64,000 bases of DNA from Acidobacteriota bacterium (GCA_963666215.2 CAXWPL010000005.1:1376001-1440000), one strand, 5' to 3'; positions 49,970-60,494 are shown, counted from the first letter of the stretch. The notes: generated by a model from the sequence alone, not told the origin. Numbers and translations: made by a program.

Positions 49970-51244
49970 ATGAAGACGAACGAATGCCCCCACTGTACCT
50001 CGACCGCAGATGATGCGGGATGGACACGCCGTGACCTCATCGGACGCGGCCTCAAGACCCTCGGTGTGGGAGCGGGGCTACCGCTTTTTCTGCGCGAGAC
50101 GTCGCTCGCCATGGCGCTCAACGAGGTCGTGGGCACCGACCCGACGCACCCGGAGCGCATTCTGGTCGTGCTGGAGCTCTCGGGTGGGAACGACGGGCTC
50201 AACACCGTCGTACCCTACACCGATGACGAGTACTACAAGGCGCGGCCGACGATCGCGGTCGCGCCTGGAGATGTGCTCAAGCTCGACGATCGCTTCGGCT
50301 TCCATCCCAATCTTCTGGGTTGGGAGCGCCTCTTCAAGGATGGGCAGATGGCGGTTGTGCACGGCTGCTCCTATCCGAACCCGAACCGATCTCACTTCGT
50401 GTCGATGGAGTTCTGGCACACCGGCGTCCCGCACGGTGCCGAGCCCCAGGGGTGGCTAGGCCGCTTCGCCGATCGCTACCACCCCGACCCAGAGAAGGCC
50501 TACATCGTCAACATCGCCAAGGAGCAGACCAGGGCCGTTGCCAGCGGCCGACACGCCCCGGTGGTCTTCACCGACCCGGATCGCTTCGTACGACAGGGGA
50601 GCGAAGAACAGAAGATGATCTTCAAGGAGCTCGAGCGCGAGAGAGAGGCCGGCGCCAATCCGTCGCTCGACTTCGTGCGCGGCATCGCCACCACCGCCGG
50701 AGAGAGCTCGGAGTTCATCCGCACCGCCTGCGCGGAGTACCGCTCCCAGGTCGACTACGGCTACGGAGAGGTCGGCGTCGACATGAAGCGCATCAGTGCC
50801 ATGATCGCGGCCGAGGCGAAGACCCGCATCTACTACGCCAGCCTTTCCGGATTCGACACCCACGTCGCACAGGCTGGCGCCCACGGCGGGCTCTTCAACC
50901 GCGTGGGCGATGCCGTCTACGGCTTCATGCAGGACATGGAGCGCATCGGCCGCGCCGACGACGTGTCGGTGCTGCTGTTCACCGAGTTCGGTCGCCGTGT
51001 GAAGGAGAACGCCAGTCGTGGCACCGATCACGGCGTGGCCTCACCGATGTTCATCGTCGGCAAGGGTCTGAGTGGCGGCTTCTACGGCGAGCACCCCTGC
51101 CTCACCGACCTCGATGAGGGCGACCTCAAGATGACCACAGACTTCCGGTCGGTCTACGCCACCATGATGAAGGAGTGGATGGCGTACGACGATACGAAGT
51201 CGGTGCTCAGGGGGGATTTCCCCACTCTGGAGATCTTCTCCTAG
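49970..51244 (+). CDS. DUF1501 domain protein (partner of DUF1800)
   Basis: TRRDLI Tat-like motif; LSGGNDGLNTVVP, NRSHF, GFDTH and EFGRRVKENASRGTDHG. Confidence 0.9.
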   Translation: MKTNECPHCTSTADDAGWTRRDLIGRGLKTLGVGAGLPLFLRETSLAMALNEVVGTDPTHPERILVVLELSGGNDGLNTVVPYTDDEYYKARPTIAVAPGDVLKLDDRFGFHPNLLGWERLFKDGQMAVVHGCSYPNPNRSHFVSMEFWHTGVPHGAEPQGWLGRFADRYHPDPEKAYIVNIAKEQTRAVASGRHAPVVFTDPDRFVRQGSEEQKMIFKELEREREAGANPSLDFVRGIATTAGESSEFIRTACAEYRSQVDYGYGEVGVDMKRISAMIAAEAKTRIYYASLSGFDTHVAQAGAHGGLFNRVGDAVYGFMQDMERIGRADDVSVLLFTEFGRRVKENASRGTDHGVASPMFIVGKGLSGGFYGEHPCLTDLDEGDLKMTTDFRSVYATMMKEWMAYDDTKSVLRGDFPTLEIFS

Positions 51245-51344
51245 CCGCTCTCCCCCTGTAGGCTCAGAAGAATCGGGAATCAATAGAGGTAGAGAGTCCT
51301 CACTACGGGCGACGAAAATCGTCCAAGCTCAACGCGTTCACGTC

Positions 51345-51730
51345 GTTCACGATCTTCGCGAGCTCTGGACCGCCGGCATACCAGCTCGACACGCCTGGCG
51401 CATTGCTGAATTGTGTGGACGCAACGCCTGTCTGCCTCACGCCTGTATGCTCGCAGTTCAGCAAGAGTGCCGCATTCTCGAACACTTCTGGATGTTGCGC
51501 CAGCCATGTGCCACTTCGTGATCCGTTGTTATGGTGGCCGCTGGTGCCGAGAAAGGTGATCGTCCGGGGTCTCTGTTCCCGCGGCACCCGAGCGAAGAAG
51601 TCAGCCAAGCCGATCGCCGTCGCCATACCGGTTCCGTTGTCGTTGGCGGCTTCGAACCAGCCATCTCGATGGGCAACGACAAAGATCGTTTCGTCCGTCA
51701 TGCCAGGCAGGGTGGCCCTCCTCCAGGCCT
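51345..51730 (-). pseudogene. M28 peptidase internal fragment
   Basis: VVAHRDGWFEAANDNGTG...FLGTSGHH. Confidence 0.7.
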
Positions 51731-51913
51731 AGGGAGAAGGTCGGAACCCGGCTCCCAACCGGGTAGAACTGCGTGCGGAGATTGCCTGGCGCCGGCTTCG
51801 ATGCCTACATGCGGCACAAGCGGGCGGAGATCGAGATCATGAAGGATCTCGATCGCGACGATCGCTGTGCCCGTTACGCGGAGGTCTACTAGGCGGTCCG
51901 CTGCGACCTTCCG

Positions 51914-53005
51914 CTATCGCCCCGCCGCGCCCGTGGCCTCGGCCTCTAGGAAGCGGGCCCCACGGAGAGTGTTTCCCATCGAGTAGTTGCCCTCGTGGCA
52001 AGCGAACTCGTACATCTTGTCGGTGGTGGCCGGCCAGGTGTACTCACCGCTGTAAGGCGTTTCCCAGTCACCGCTCTCGACGGTGAACTGGTAGAGCAGA
52101 GTGTCCTCGTCGGTGCGAGTGAAGCGCTCGACCACGTGCTGATCGTGCGGGGGAGAGGGCTCGCCGAAGAGGGTCATCTGCAGCCAGGTCTCTTCGAGGA
52201 AGTTGGTGGTGTCGACCACCAGCGTGTCGCCCTCCCACCAGCCGATCGAGTCGCCGCTTCGCGAGCGAATCTCCGGTGGGGCGTGCTCGGGCTTGGCCTC
52301 GGCCATGCCCAAGCGAATCACTCGTGCCTCGTGCATCCACTCCACCAGGATCATCAGGTGGCTCTCGGTCTGCACGATGGTCTTCACATTGTTGTAGTTC
52401 TTGGGCAGCGCCGGAATCGTCGCCTCCAGCGAGAAGATGCATCGATCGGCAATCGACAGTACCTCGGGCCCGTCGTAGGGTCCGACTTCGCGGTCGCGCC
52501 ACCACGCGACAGCTGTGTTCTTCTTGGAGAAGCGGATCTGCTCCTCCGCCAGATCGCGCCGGTGATAGAGGCCCTTCCGACGCTCTCGCCCCCTCTCGGT
52601 GAGGGGAGGAAAGCGCCCATCGGGCGGATCGGTGAGGAGAGAGGTGCGGTACTTGCCGTCGACCGCAACCGCCTCGGTGCCGCCGTCATGGTAGAAGTCG
52701 TTGTAGCCGCCGAGTCTGCCGGTGACCGGCGGAGCTTGGCGGTTCGGGTCGCTGGGTCGTGCTCGCTCGGCCGTCCGGGTGGCTGCGCTCACCCTGATCT
52801 CTTCGGCCTCGGCCGCGGTGAGGAAAAGGCGCTCTCCGAGCTCGGGACTTCTCTGCATCCGTGTCAGCGTGCTGATGTCGTAGTTCCCGGAGAGATCCGG
52901 CTTGCCGTCGGCGGTCCGCGGAATGTCGCGCTCGGATGCGGCTCCGACCGAGCTCGCTACCACCACGATGAGGGAGGCGATGAAACAAACTACTCTGTAG
53001 CTCAT
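51914..53005 (-). CDS. conserved secreted hypothetical protein (IPRT-PDLSG...EFACHEGN family)
   Basis: Signal peptide; intact paralog of 5503-6595. Confidence 0.85.
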   Translation of the reverse strand: MSYRVVCFIASLIVVVASSVGAASERDIPRTADGKPDLSGNYDISTLTRMQRSPELGERLFLTAAEAEEIRVSAATRTAERARPSDPNRQAPPVTGRLGGYNDFYHDGGTEAVAVDGKYRTSLLTDPPDGRFPPLTERGRERRKGLYHRRDLAEEQIRFSKKNTAVAWWRDREVGPYDGPEVLSIADRCIFSLEATIPALPKNYNNVKTIVQTESHLMILVEWMHEARVIRLGMAEAKPEHAPPEIRSRSGDSIGWWEGDTLVVDTTNFLEETWLQMTLFGEPSPPHDQHVVERFTRTDEDTLLYQFTVESGDWETPYSGEYTWPATTDKMYEFACHEGNYSMGNTLRGARFLEAEATGAAGR

Positions 53006-53209
53006 GATCGTTCTTCAGTATATACCCGCCGCCGGTGACTCGCGATCAGAAGATCGCGGGTGGGAATTGCCGCGGGGGCGTCGAGGCGCGTAGAGTGGTT
53101 GTGATGATCTGGTTCGAGGTTCGCCAACGCCAGTCGAGTCACTTTCGAAGTAGTCGCATGATTCCTCTTCTCCCCATCAAGGATTCGTCAAGGCGCTCCA
53201 GCATACATC

Positions 53210-54667
53210 TCACCCGGACCGTGCGCGAATCTCTTCGAGCTGCCGCCGAGTCTTTTCGTACCGCTGGCGGTTGATGCGGTACTGAGCGTAGAAGCAGGCG
53301 GCAATGACGCCCGGAAAGATCGAGAGAGGCGACTCGATCAAGCCCAGCCAGTAGATGGTGTCGGCATCGACCGCGCCCGGCTGCGCGTTTTTCGGAAAGC
53401 CGATGAAGGTCAGCGATAGAGCGGCGATCCCCTGACCGAGCGAGTTATCGAGCTTGGCGAAGAAGGTCCGCGCGGCATAGAGCGTGCCCTCCTGTCGATG
53501 ACCGATGCGAACCTCGTTCTCGTCCGCGATGTCCGCCAACGCCGACATGACGCTGATGTGCAGAATGCTGCCGGAGCCGGACGAAAGGGCCTGGAATCCG
53601 GCGACCGCCCACATCAGCCAAGGCGAGCCGTTCTCCGGAAACGTGCCCATCAATCGGAGGACCACCGGCATTGCCGGGAAGACCGATAGTCCGAGCGCGG
53701 TGAGAACGATGGTACCCCGCTTGTCGAAGCGGGTGTGCAGACGCGCCGCGAACACGAACCCGGTGACATAGCCGATGAACGATCCGGTGAAAAGCAAGGT
53801 GCCGATGTCCTCCGACCGCAGCTCCCAGTAGAAGATGTTCATGTAGTTGGTGAGCGCCAGGCGCAGGCCGAACATCAGCGACAGGGCGACGACGGCGATC
53901 ATCAGCATCCGGTAGTTGCGGTTCGACAAGGCGGAAGCGACGTCGCGACCGAATGCGCGAATCGAGAACCCCTCCAGATCTTCGGGTGCCTGCGGCAAAT
54001 TCGGAATACGGTCTCTGGTGAACCACGCGGAGCTGAACAGCACGATCAGGACGAAGAGAGCCATCACCATCGAGAAGCGCGGATAGGCGTCCCGGTTCAA
54101 CAGCCCATTGGTGGCCACCGCCACCGAAGCGAAGAAGAGGACCGTGTTGAGCTTGAACAACCCCGCACCGCCCAACCAGTAGAAGAGGTTGTTGTAGCTC
54201 ATGATGCGGGAGCGTTCGATGTAGCCGCTCGACAGCTCGGCGCCCATCGCCAGGTGAGGCACGTGGTACACGGTCATGAACGTCCGCAGGCTGATGGACC
54301 AGATGAGGAACCACCCGAAAAGCTGGTTTGGCGTCAGGTCGTCCGGCGGGTTGAAGACGCAGAAGAAGCTGAGCGCGATGGGTATCGGCGAGATCAACAT
54401 GAAGGGATGACGCCGCCCCCATCGTTTGGAGCGATAACGATCCGAGAACGAGCCGAACAGAGGATCCGAGATGGCGTCGGTCAGCAGGGCGATCGTAGGC
54501 ACCAGACCCGCCAATAGCACGTCCAATCCGAGCACCTGGTTGTAGAAGAGCAGGCCGAGAACCGACAGCGAGTAGAGCGACATGTTCTCGGCCGCGGCAC
54601 CAATGCCGAAAGCCAGCCGAGTGCGGGTCGGCACGGTCCTTCCCGGGACCGGTTCGCCCCTCGTCAT
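53210..54667 (-). CDS. MFS/GPH (MelB-like) transporter
   Basis: DAISDPLFGSFSD, WGRRHPF, PHLAMGAEL and ADIADE...RQEG motifs; multiple TM helices. Confidence 0.88.
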   Translation of the reverse strand: MTRGEPVPGRTVPTRTRLAFGIGAAAENMSLYSLSVLGLLFYNQVLGLDVLLAGLVPTIALLTDAISDPLFGSFSDRYRSKRWGRRHPFMLISPIPIALSFFCVFNPPDDLTPNQLFGWFLIWSISLRTFMTVYHVPHLAMGAELSSGYIERSRIMSYNNLFYWLGGAGLFKLNTVLFFASVAVATNGLLNRDAYPRFSMVMALFVLIVLFSSAWFTRDRIPNLPQAPEDLEGFSIRAFGRDVASALSNRNYRMLMIAVVALSLMFGLRLALTNYMNIFYWELRSEDIGTLLFTGSFIGYVTGFVFAARLHTRFDKRGTIVLTALGLSVFPAMPVVLRLMGTFPENGSPWLMWAVAGFQALSSGSGSILHISVMSALADIADENEVRIGHRQEGTLYAARTFFAKLDNSLGQGIAALSLTFIGFPKNAQPGAVDADTIYWLGLIESPLSIFPGVIAACFYAQYRINRQRYEKTRRQLEEIRARSG

Positions 54668-54935
54668 CGTTCTCCCATCGCTGATCCGCAGTCTATCTCT
54701 ACCCCCGACACTGGTGTTGTCGGCGGCTTCGCACTACCATGAGGCCTGCTTCTTGGACCTGTGAACCGGCTGCAACACACTCCCGGACTAGTCCCGTAGA
54801 GGAGCTCTATGCACGCCGTCGGCACCTCGGCGTGGGTGAGGCACCTGACCAAACGCTACGGCCGCTCGGACGGTCCTTGGGAAAGCGCGTCGGTCTATTG
54901 GGTGATGATCTCTACCGCCGTTTGGTGCTGGGGGA

Positions 54936-55146
54936 CGGGTAGGAAATCGCTTTTCTGAGCATGAGGAGCATGAGGGTTTTCGGAGGCCTGGGCGAGAGCT
55001 GGAGGTCCTGGGGGTCACTTCTCGGCGGCTCGACAGCAGGATTAGAGTGCGCGGGCCTGGCGGCAGGTGGTCGCGAGAGTAGTTGGGAGCGTGCGCGGCA
55101 GCGGGCCCCCCCGGGAGTCCCCGGAGGGGGGCCAGAGGAGTCGAGG
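54936..55146 (-). mobile_element. IS91-family oriIS/3' end, copy 6
   Basis: Preceded by GGAC; same repeat. Confidence 0.8.
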
Positions 55147-55183
55147 CGCCGCGGCCGCGCCGAGTAGCGTAGCCCGATCGCCC

Positions 55184-58100
55184 TTACCAGGTATCCAGGA
55201 ACTTGTACCGCCCGCGGCGCAGGGGCTCCGAGTCAGGCACCGACCTCAGCCCGTCTGCGATCCAGCGGCGCGTTTCCGCGGGGTCGATCACATCATCTAT
55301 TCCGAACACGGCGGCTTTGTTCAGCGCGCTGCCGCGCTCGTAGGCCGCTTCGAGGAGCTGCTGGTACTCCTTCGCGCGTTCCTTGACGTCCTCGATCTCA
55401 GCCAGGGCATCGCGATTCGACAGCAGGATGGCGGATTCCAGGTTCATGCCGCCGTGCTCGCCTTCGGGCCAGGCGACGGTGAAGATGGGAGCTCGCGAGC
55501 TTCCGGTCAACATTGACATGGCGCCCAACGCATAGCCCTTGCGTAGGATGACGCTGAAGCGGGGCGTCTCGAGGTTGGCGCCGGTCACGAACAAGCGGCT
55601 GCAATGTCGAATCAAGGCGGTTTTCTCTACCTCCGGGCCAACCATCATGCCCGGCGTGTCGACCAGAGTGAGGATCGGAATGTTGAAGGCATCGCAGATC
55701 TGCCAGAAGCGCGCCGCCTTGTCGGAGCCGGGGCTGTCGATGGCCCCGCTGATGTAGGCGTTGTTGTTGGCGCTGAGCCCGAAGGGATGGCCCTCGATCC
55801 TGATGAATGCGGTGACCATGCTGACGCCGAACTCTTCTCGCAGCTCCAAGACGGAACCCTTGTCGGCGAGAAGATGGATCAACTCGCGGATATCGAAGCT
55901 GCGCATGCGGTTCTCAGGGATGACATGGCGCAGCAGCCGCTGGTCGGCACACTCCCAGGATTCGATCGAGCCCTGGAAGTAGGAGAGGCACTTCTTCGAA
56001 GCGGCGATCGCCTCGTCGTGGTCCTTGACGACGACGTCGACGGTGCCGGCGGGGGCGAGGTCGCACATCGGGCCGACCTCTTCCGGCAGGAACACGCCCA
56101 TGCCGCCACCTTCGATGGTCGACGGACCGCCCATCGCGATCAACGAGTCTTCGGTCGCGATGATGATGTCGGTGAGTCCCAGAATCGCAGCATTGCCGGC
56201 GTAGCACCAACCGGCGGTGACGCCGATCATCGGCACCTTGCCACTGAGCTGTGCCATCTTCTCGAAGGTGCGCACCGCTGGGAAAATGTTCGGGGAGCCT
56301 TCGGTATCGCCGGAGCGGCCGCCGGCGCCCTCGGCGTGGAAGATCAGGGGCAGCGACAGCTCGTTGGCCAGCTCTATCATGCGGTCCGTCTTGTCGTGGC
56401 CGCGCACTCCTTGGGTTCCGGCGAGGACCGTGTCGTCGTAGGAGAGAAACATGGTGCGGGCACGCTTCTCGTCAAAGAGATCGCCGTTCACAGAACCGAT
56501 GCCCGCGACCAGGCCGTCTGCCGGCGTCTTGCGAATCAGCTCTTCCAGAGGCCGCTTCGTCCTTTGCCCGGCGATAGTGAGCTGCCCGTACTCGACCCAG
56601 GTGCCGGGGTCGATCAGCATCTCGATATTCTCTCGCACGGTGCGACGGCCCTTAGAGTGGCGTCGCTCCACGGCCTCCGGACGATTCTCGTCCAGGCCAG
56701 GCTCGCGTCGATCCAACACCGCCTGCAGGTTGGGCCGAATGGTGTCCAGATCGATCTCGCGGGCCTCCTCTTCGATGGCTTCACCGACCTCCATCGGCTC
56801 GATGAAGGCGAGAGGATGCTCCTCATACACCGCCTCACCAGTGGCCACAGTCAACCGGCGGACCACGCCGCCGATCGGGGCTCTTACCTCGTGCTCCATC
56901 TTCAACGCGCTCATGACGACGAGAAGCTGGCCTTGGCGAACCCTGTCGCCTTCGGCTACGTGAATCTCGATAACAGTCGCCTGCAGCGGCGACGGGACCG
57001 GTTCTGTACCCGGTGGCGCGACGACAGGCGCCGCCATCGGCTTGCCCATTTGCCGCGTGGGCTTTCCCTTACGGAAGTAGTCGAGCGATGCGAGGGGGTC
57101 GCGCTTGTCGATGGCGGCACCGGCTCGGCTCGTCCCTGCCGGTGCGACGGCAGTGAGTTGAACCATGTTGTCGTCGAGCCAACGGGTGGTTGTGTTTTGA
57201 GCCACGAAGTCCTCGTGACGCAGGATGTTGCGCAGCAAGGGTAGATTCGTCTCGAGACCGCCGATCCCAAACTCACCAAGCGCTCGGCCGAGGCGCCTTC
57301 GCGCGACTTCGAATTCGTCCGACGTCGAGTGAGCGATGACCTTCCCCAGCAGCGAATCGAAATTGGGGTTGGCGACAAAGCCTGGAGAGGCGTAGGTGTC
57401 GATACGGATTCCGGGACCGGAGGGCAGGTGAAAGGACGTGATCTGCCCACCGGCCGGCTTGAGGTTCCCTTCTGCCCCCATCCGCTCCGCATTCACTCGT
57501 GCCTGGATGGCGAATCCGCGCGGTTGCGGGACCGATGCCGATGTCAGACGAAGCTCCGCGATGGTCTCGCCTCCGCCGAGTCGCAGCTGCACCTGCACGA
57601 GGTCCACTCCGGTGACCTCTTCGGTCACCGTGTGCTCCACCTGCAAACGCGGATTTGCCTCGATGAAGAAGAAACGATCGCTGTGCGAGGCATCTACCAG
57701 GAATTCGAAGGTTCCAAGACTCTGGTAGGCCAGGCTCTCAGCCATACGGACAGCTGCGTCACAGATCTCTTGCCGAGCAACCGGGCTCAGACTCGGGCTC
57801 GGAGCGATCTCGACAAGCTTTTGATGCCTGCGCTGGACGCTGCACTCACGCTCTCCGAGATGAGTTACCGCTCCGCTGCCGTCGCCGATGACCTGGACCT
57901 CTATATGGCGAGCCCTCGGCATGAGCTCCTCGACATAGACCGCGCCGTCGCCGAAAGCCGAGGCTGCCTCGGACTGGCAGCGTGCGTGTGCCTCCTCGAC
58001 CTCTTCGAGATTGGTGACCACCCGCATCCCGCGCCCTCCGCCACCGCTGATTGCTTTGATGACCATGGCGGCGCCGTCGCCAAGACTCCGCAGGAACTGT

Positions 58101-58531
58101 CCCGCCTCGCCCGCCGTGACCGGCCCGGGACTTCCTGCCAGGACAGGCACCCCCTTCTCCCGAGCCAGCCCCCGCGCGCGTGCCTTGTCACCGAGAAGCT
58201 GCATTGTTTCGACGGAGGGACCGACGAAGGTGACGCCTTCCTCGGCGCAGCGGCGGGCGAGCTCGGCGCTTTCGGCGAGAAAGCCGTAGCCAGGATGGAT
58301 CGCGTCGCAGCCAGTCGATGCTGCGATCGCCAGGAGGCGCTCGATGTCGAGATACGCGCCAGCGCCCTCTCCTACAAGCGGACAGGCTTCGTCTGCGCTG
58401 CGCACGTGGAGCGACTCGGCATCGTCGTCCGAGAAGACGGTCGCGCACGCCAATCCCAGCTCCTCGGCCGCGCGAGCGATGCGGATCGCGACCTCACCCC
58501 GGTTGGCGATCAGTAGCTTTCTCAGACCCAT
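55184..58531 (-). CDS. single-chain acyl-CoA carboxylase (biotin carboxylase + BCCP + carboxyltransferase)
   Basis: LLIANRGE, HPGYGFL, CSVQRRHQK, NPRLQVEH, ALKMEH biotin site, VLAGTQG and VDTPG motifs. Confidence 0.9.
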   Translation of the reverse strand: MGLRKLLIANRGEVAIRIARAAEELGLACATVFSDDDAESLHVRSADEACPLVGEGAGAYLDIERLLAIAASTGCDAIHPGYGFLAESAELARRCAEEGVTFVGPSVETMQLLGDKARARGLAREKGVPVLAGSPGPVTAGEAGQFLRSLGDGAAMVIKAISGGGGRGMRVVTNLEEVEEAHARCQSEAASAFGDGAVYVEELMPRARHIEVQVIGDGSGAVTHLGERECSVQRRHQKLVEIAPSPSLSPVARQEICDAAVRMAESLAYQSLGTFEFLVDASHSDRFFFIEANPRLQVEHTVTEEVTGVDLVQVQLRLGGGETIAELRLTSASVPQPRGFAIQARVNAERMGAEGNLKPAGGQITSFHLPSGPGIRIDTYASPGFVANPNFDSLLGKVIAHSTSDEFEVARRRLGRALGEFGIGGLETNLPLLRNILRHEDFVAQNTTTRWLDDNMVQLTAVAPAGTSRAGAAIDKRDPLASLDYFRKGKPTRQMGKPMAAPVVAPPGTEPVPSPLQATVIEIHVAEGDRVRQGQLLVVMSALKMEHEVRAPIGGVVRRLTVATGEAVYEEHPLAFIEPMEVGEAIEEEAREIDLDTIRPNLQAVLDRREPGLDENRPEAVERRHSKGRRTVRENIEMLIDPGTWVEYGQLTIAGQRTKRPLEELIRKTPADGLVAGIGSVNGDLFDEKRARTMFLSYDDTVLAGTQGVRGHDKTDRMIELANELSLPLIFHAEGAGGRSGDTEGSPNIFPAVRTFEKMAQLSGKVPMIGVTAGWCYAGNAAILGLTDIIIATEDSLIAMGGPSTIEGGGMGVFLPEEVGPMCDLAPAGTVDVVVKDHDEAIAASKKCLSYFQGSIESWECADQRLLRHVIPENRMRSFDIRELIHLLADKGSVLELREEFGVSMVTAFIRIEGHPFGLSANNNAYISGAIDSPGSDKAARFWQICDAFNIPILTLVDTPGMMVGPEVEKTALIRHCSRLFVTGANLETPRFSVILRKGYALGAMSMLTGSSRAPIFTVAWPEGEHGGMNLESAILLSNRDALAEIEDVKERAKEYQQLLEAAYERGSALNKAAVFGIDDVIDPAETRRWIADGLRSVPDSEPLRRGRYKFLDTW

Positions 58532-58696
58532 CTGATTCCGTCTCCTGGCTCGCAGGGTCAATCGACCTCCAAGGCCCTGAGGTACTATAGAGCATGCAGG
58601 CGATGCCAAGTTCTTCGGTCTGGCGTCCAGCCCGGTCTGTCGGGAAACTATGAGATTCTCCTTCTCACCACCCGAGCTCCCGGTGTCTAGGAGTGG

Positions 58697-60307
58697 ATGA
58701 TGAGGACTCCCGATGTCAGCCTGATCAAGACCCTGAACGAGCGGGCCGAAGCTGTGCCCGACGCGGTCTACGTCGTCGATATCGACGACCGCGCGCTCAG
58801 CTACGGCGAGACGGTTGACCAGGTACGTCTGTGGGCCGGCGCCTACAGGCGCTTCGGTGTTGTCGCGGGCGAGCATGTCGTCACCATGCAGCTCAACACC
58901 ATCGAATCGATGCTGGGGTGGCTCGGCTTGGCCGCCTTGCGTGCTGTGGAGGCGCCCATCAACATCGACTATCGGGGCGCTCTATTGACCCACGCCCTGA
59001 ATCTGACCCGCGCGCGGATCATGGTCGTGCTGGAGCGCTACGCCGAGCGACTGATCCCGATCGCGGACGATCTCGAAACCCTCGAGCAAGTGATCGTGCT
59101 CGATGCCGACAAGCCGCCGACGCTGCCCTTCGAGGTCAGCTCGGGAGAAGAGCTTCTTCGAGAAGTGGAGCCGGTATCGGCGCTCCGAACGCCGGCTCCG
59201 TGGGACATCATGGCGATCCTGTTCACTTCCGGCACTACCGGTCGGTCAAAAGCCGTGCGCCTGCCTTGGGCGCAGATCCACGCCATGAGCACGGGCTCCT
59301 TCCGGCTCGAGGATCTCGGCCCGGAAGACGTGATCTACAACCCCGGGCCCACCTACCACGTGGGCGCGAAAGTGCGTCCCTACCTGGCTGCCCTGGTCGG
59401 AGGTCGACATGTGATGCGGCCCTACATCAGCGCCAGTGCACAGTCGAAGGAGTACCTGAAGTACGGTGTCACCACCGGTGGCCCCGTAACCGCCTGGCTC
59501 GCTGAGCCGCCGCATCCCGACGATCGGGACCGACCGCTGAGGAACGTCCTGGCTCCCTACAAGCTGCCTTACGTCGACGAGTTCATCCAACGCTTCGGCT
59601 GTCGCCGCATCGGCTGCTTCAACATGACCGAGGTGAGCTGCCCGATCAGGTTTCGCGGCTGGGACTCGGTCGTCTATGACGACGAGGGTCGGATGAGCTG
59701 TGGGGTGATTCGTGACGGCTACGAGGCGCGGGTCGTCGACGGTCACGACCAGCCGGTCGAGCCAGGTGTGGTCGGGGAGCTGATTCTCAGGTCGGATGTG
59801 CCGTGGTCCCTGAACGCCGGCTACCTCAACAACCCCGAGGCAACAGCGGAGGCTTGGCGCAATGGCTGGTTCCACACTGGCGACGCCGTCATCTGCGACG
59901 CGGACGGTAACTACTACTTCATCGACCGCACGAAAGATTGCATCCGACGGCGCGGCGAGAACATCTCCAGTTTCGAGGTCGAGGCCTACGCCGCCGAGCA
60001 TCCGGCCATTGCCGAGGCTGCGGCGGTGGCGGTGAAGAGCAGCGCAGAGCCGGGCGCGAACGAGGAGATCAAACTGGTCGTCCTGCTCGCCGAGGACGAG
60101 ACACTCGATCCGGCTGAGCTGATCGCTTGGCTGATCCCCCGCATGCCGCGGTTCATGATTCCGCGCTACGTAGAGCTCGTCGACGAGCTGCCACGCACGC
60201 CTACTTTGAAGGTGCGCAAGAAAGTGCTGCGCGACGCTGCGCTAAACGAGCACACTTGGGACCGAGAAGCTGCCGGTATCGAGCTACCGCGGCTGCTCCA
60301 CCTGTAA
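58697..60307 (+). CDS. AMP-binding acyl-CoA ligase (CaiC-like)
   Basis: FTSGTTGRSK, WFHTGD, DCIRRRGENISSFEVE and LPRTPT motifs. Confidence 0.9.
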   Translation: MMRTPDVSLIKTLNERAEAVPDAVYVVDIDDRALSYGETVDQVRLWAGAYRRFGVVAGEHVVTMQLNTIESMLGWLGLAALRAVEAPINIDYRGALLTHALNLTRARIMVVLERYAERLIPIADDLETLEQVIVLDADKPPTLPFEVSSGEELLREVEPVSALRTPAPWDIMAILFTSGTTGRSKAVRLPWAQIHAMSTGSFRLEDLGPEDVIYNPGPTYHVGAKVRPYLAALVGGRHVMRPYISASAQSKEYLKYGVTTGGPVTAWLAEPPHPDDRDRPLRNVLAPYKLPYVDEFIQRFGCRRIGCFNMTEVSCPIRFRGWDSVVYDDEGRMSCGVIRDGYEARVVDGHDQPVEPGVVGELILRSDVPWSLNAGYLNNPEATAEAWRNGWFHTGDAVICDADGNYYFIDRTKDCIRRRGENISSFEVEAYAAEHPAIAEAAAVAVKSSAEPGANEEIKLVVLLAEDETLDPAELIAWLIPRMPRFMIPRYVELVDELPRTPTLKVRKKVLRDAALNEHTWDREAAGIELPRLLHL

Positions 60308-60436
60308 CGGCTGGAACGGGGCCTCGTTCGCGCTTTTCAGGACCAGAACGATCACTTTGCCTTCATCCTCAAACGGTCCGGATATCCAAAACTTTGAATA
60401 TCGATGCATTTTTTTGAGTATGGGGTTCTAGCTAAA

Positions 60437-60494
60437 ACACAACATATGGTATCCGACCTGCGTCAGCCCCCCCCCAGTACACAACATGTGGATT
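60437..60494. promoter_or_regulatory. tandem NrdR-box-like sites
   Basis: ACACAACATATGGTAT (60437) and ACACAACATGTGGATT (60479), 42 bp apart. Confidence 0.6.

Noticed and set aside
8865-55146. The six-copy repeat as a CRISPR array, integron attC or short repeated ORF (MRSMRVFGG...)
   Set aside because: Copies are long, kilobases apart and contiguous with an HUH transposase tail; the ORFs are incidental frames.
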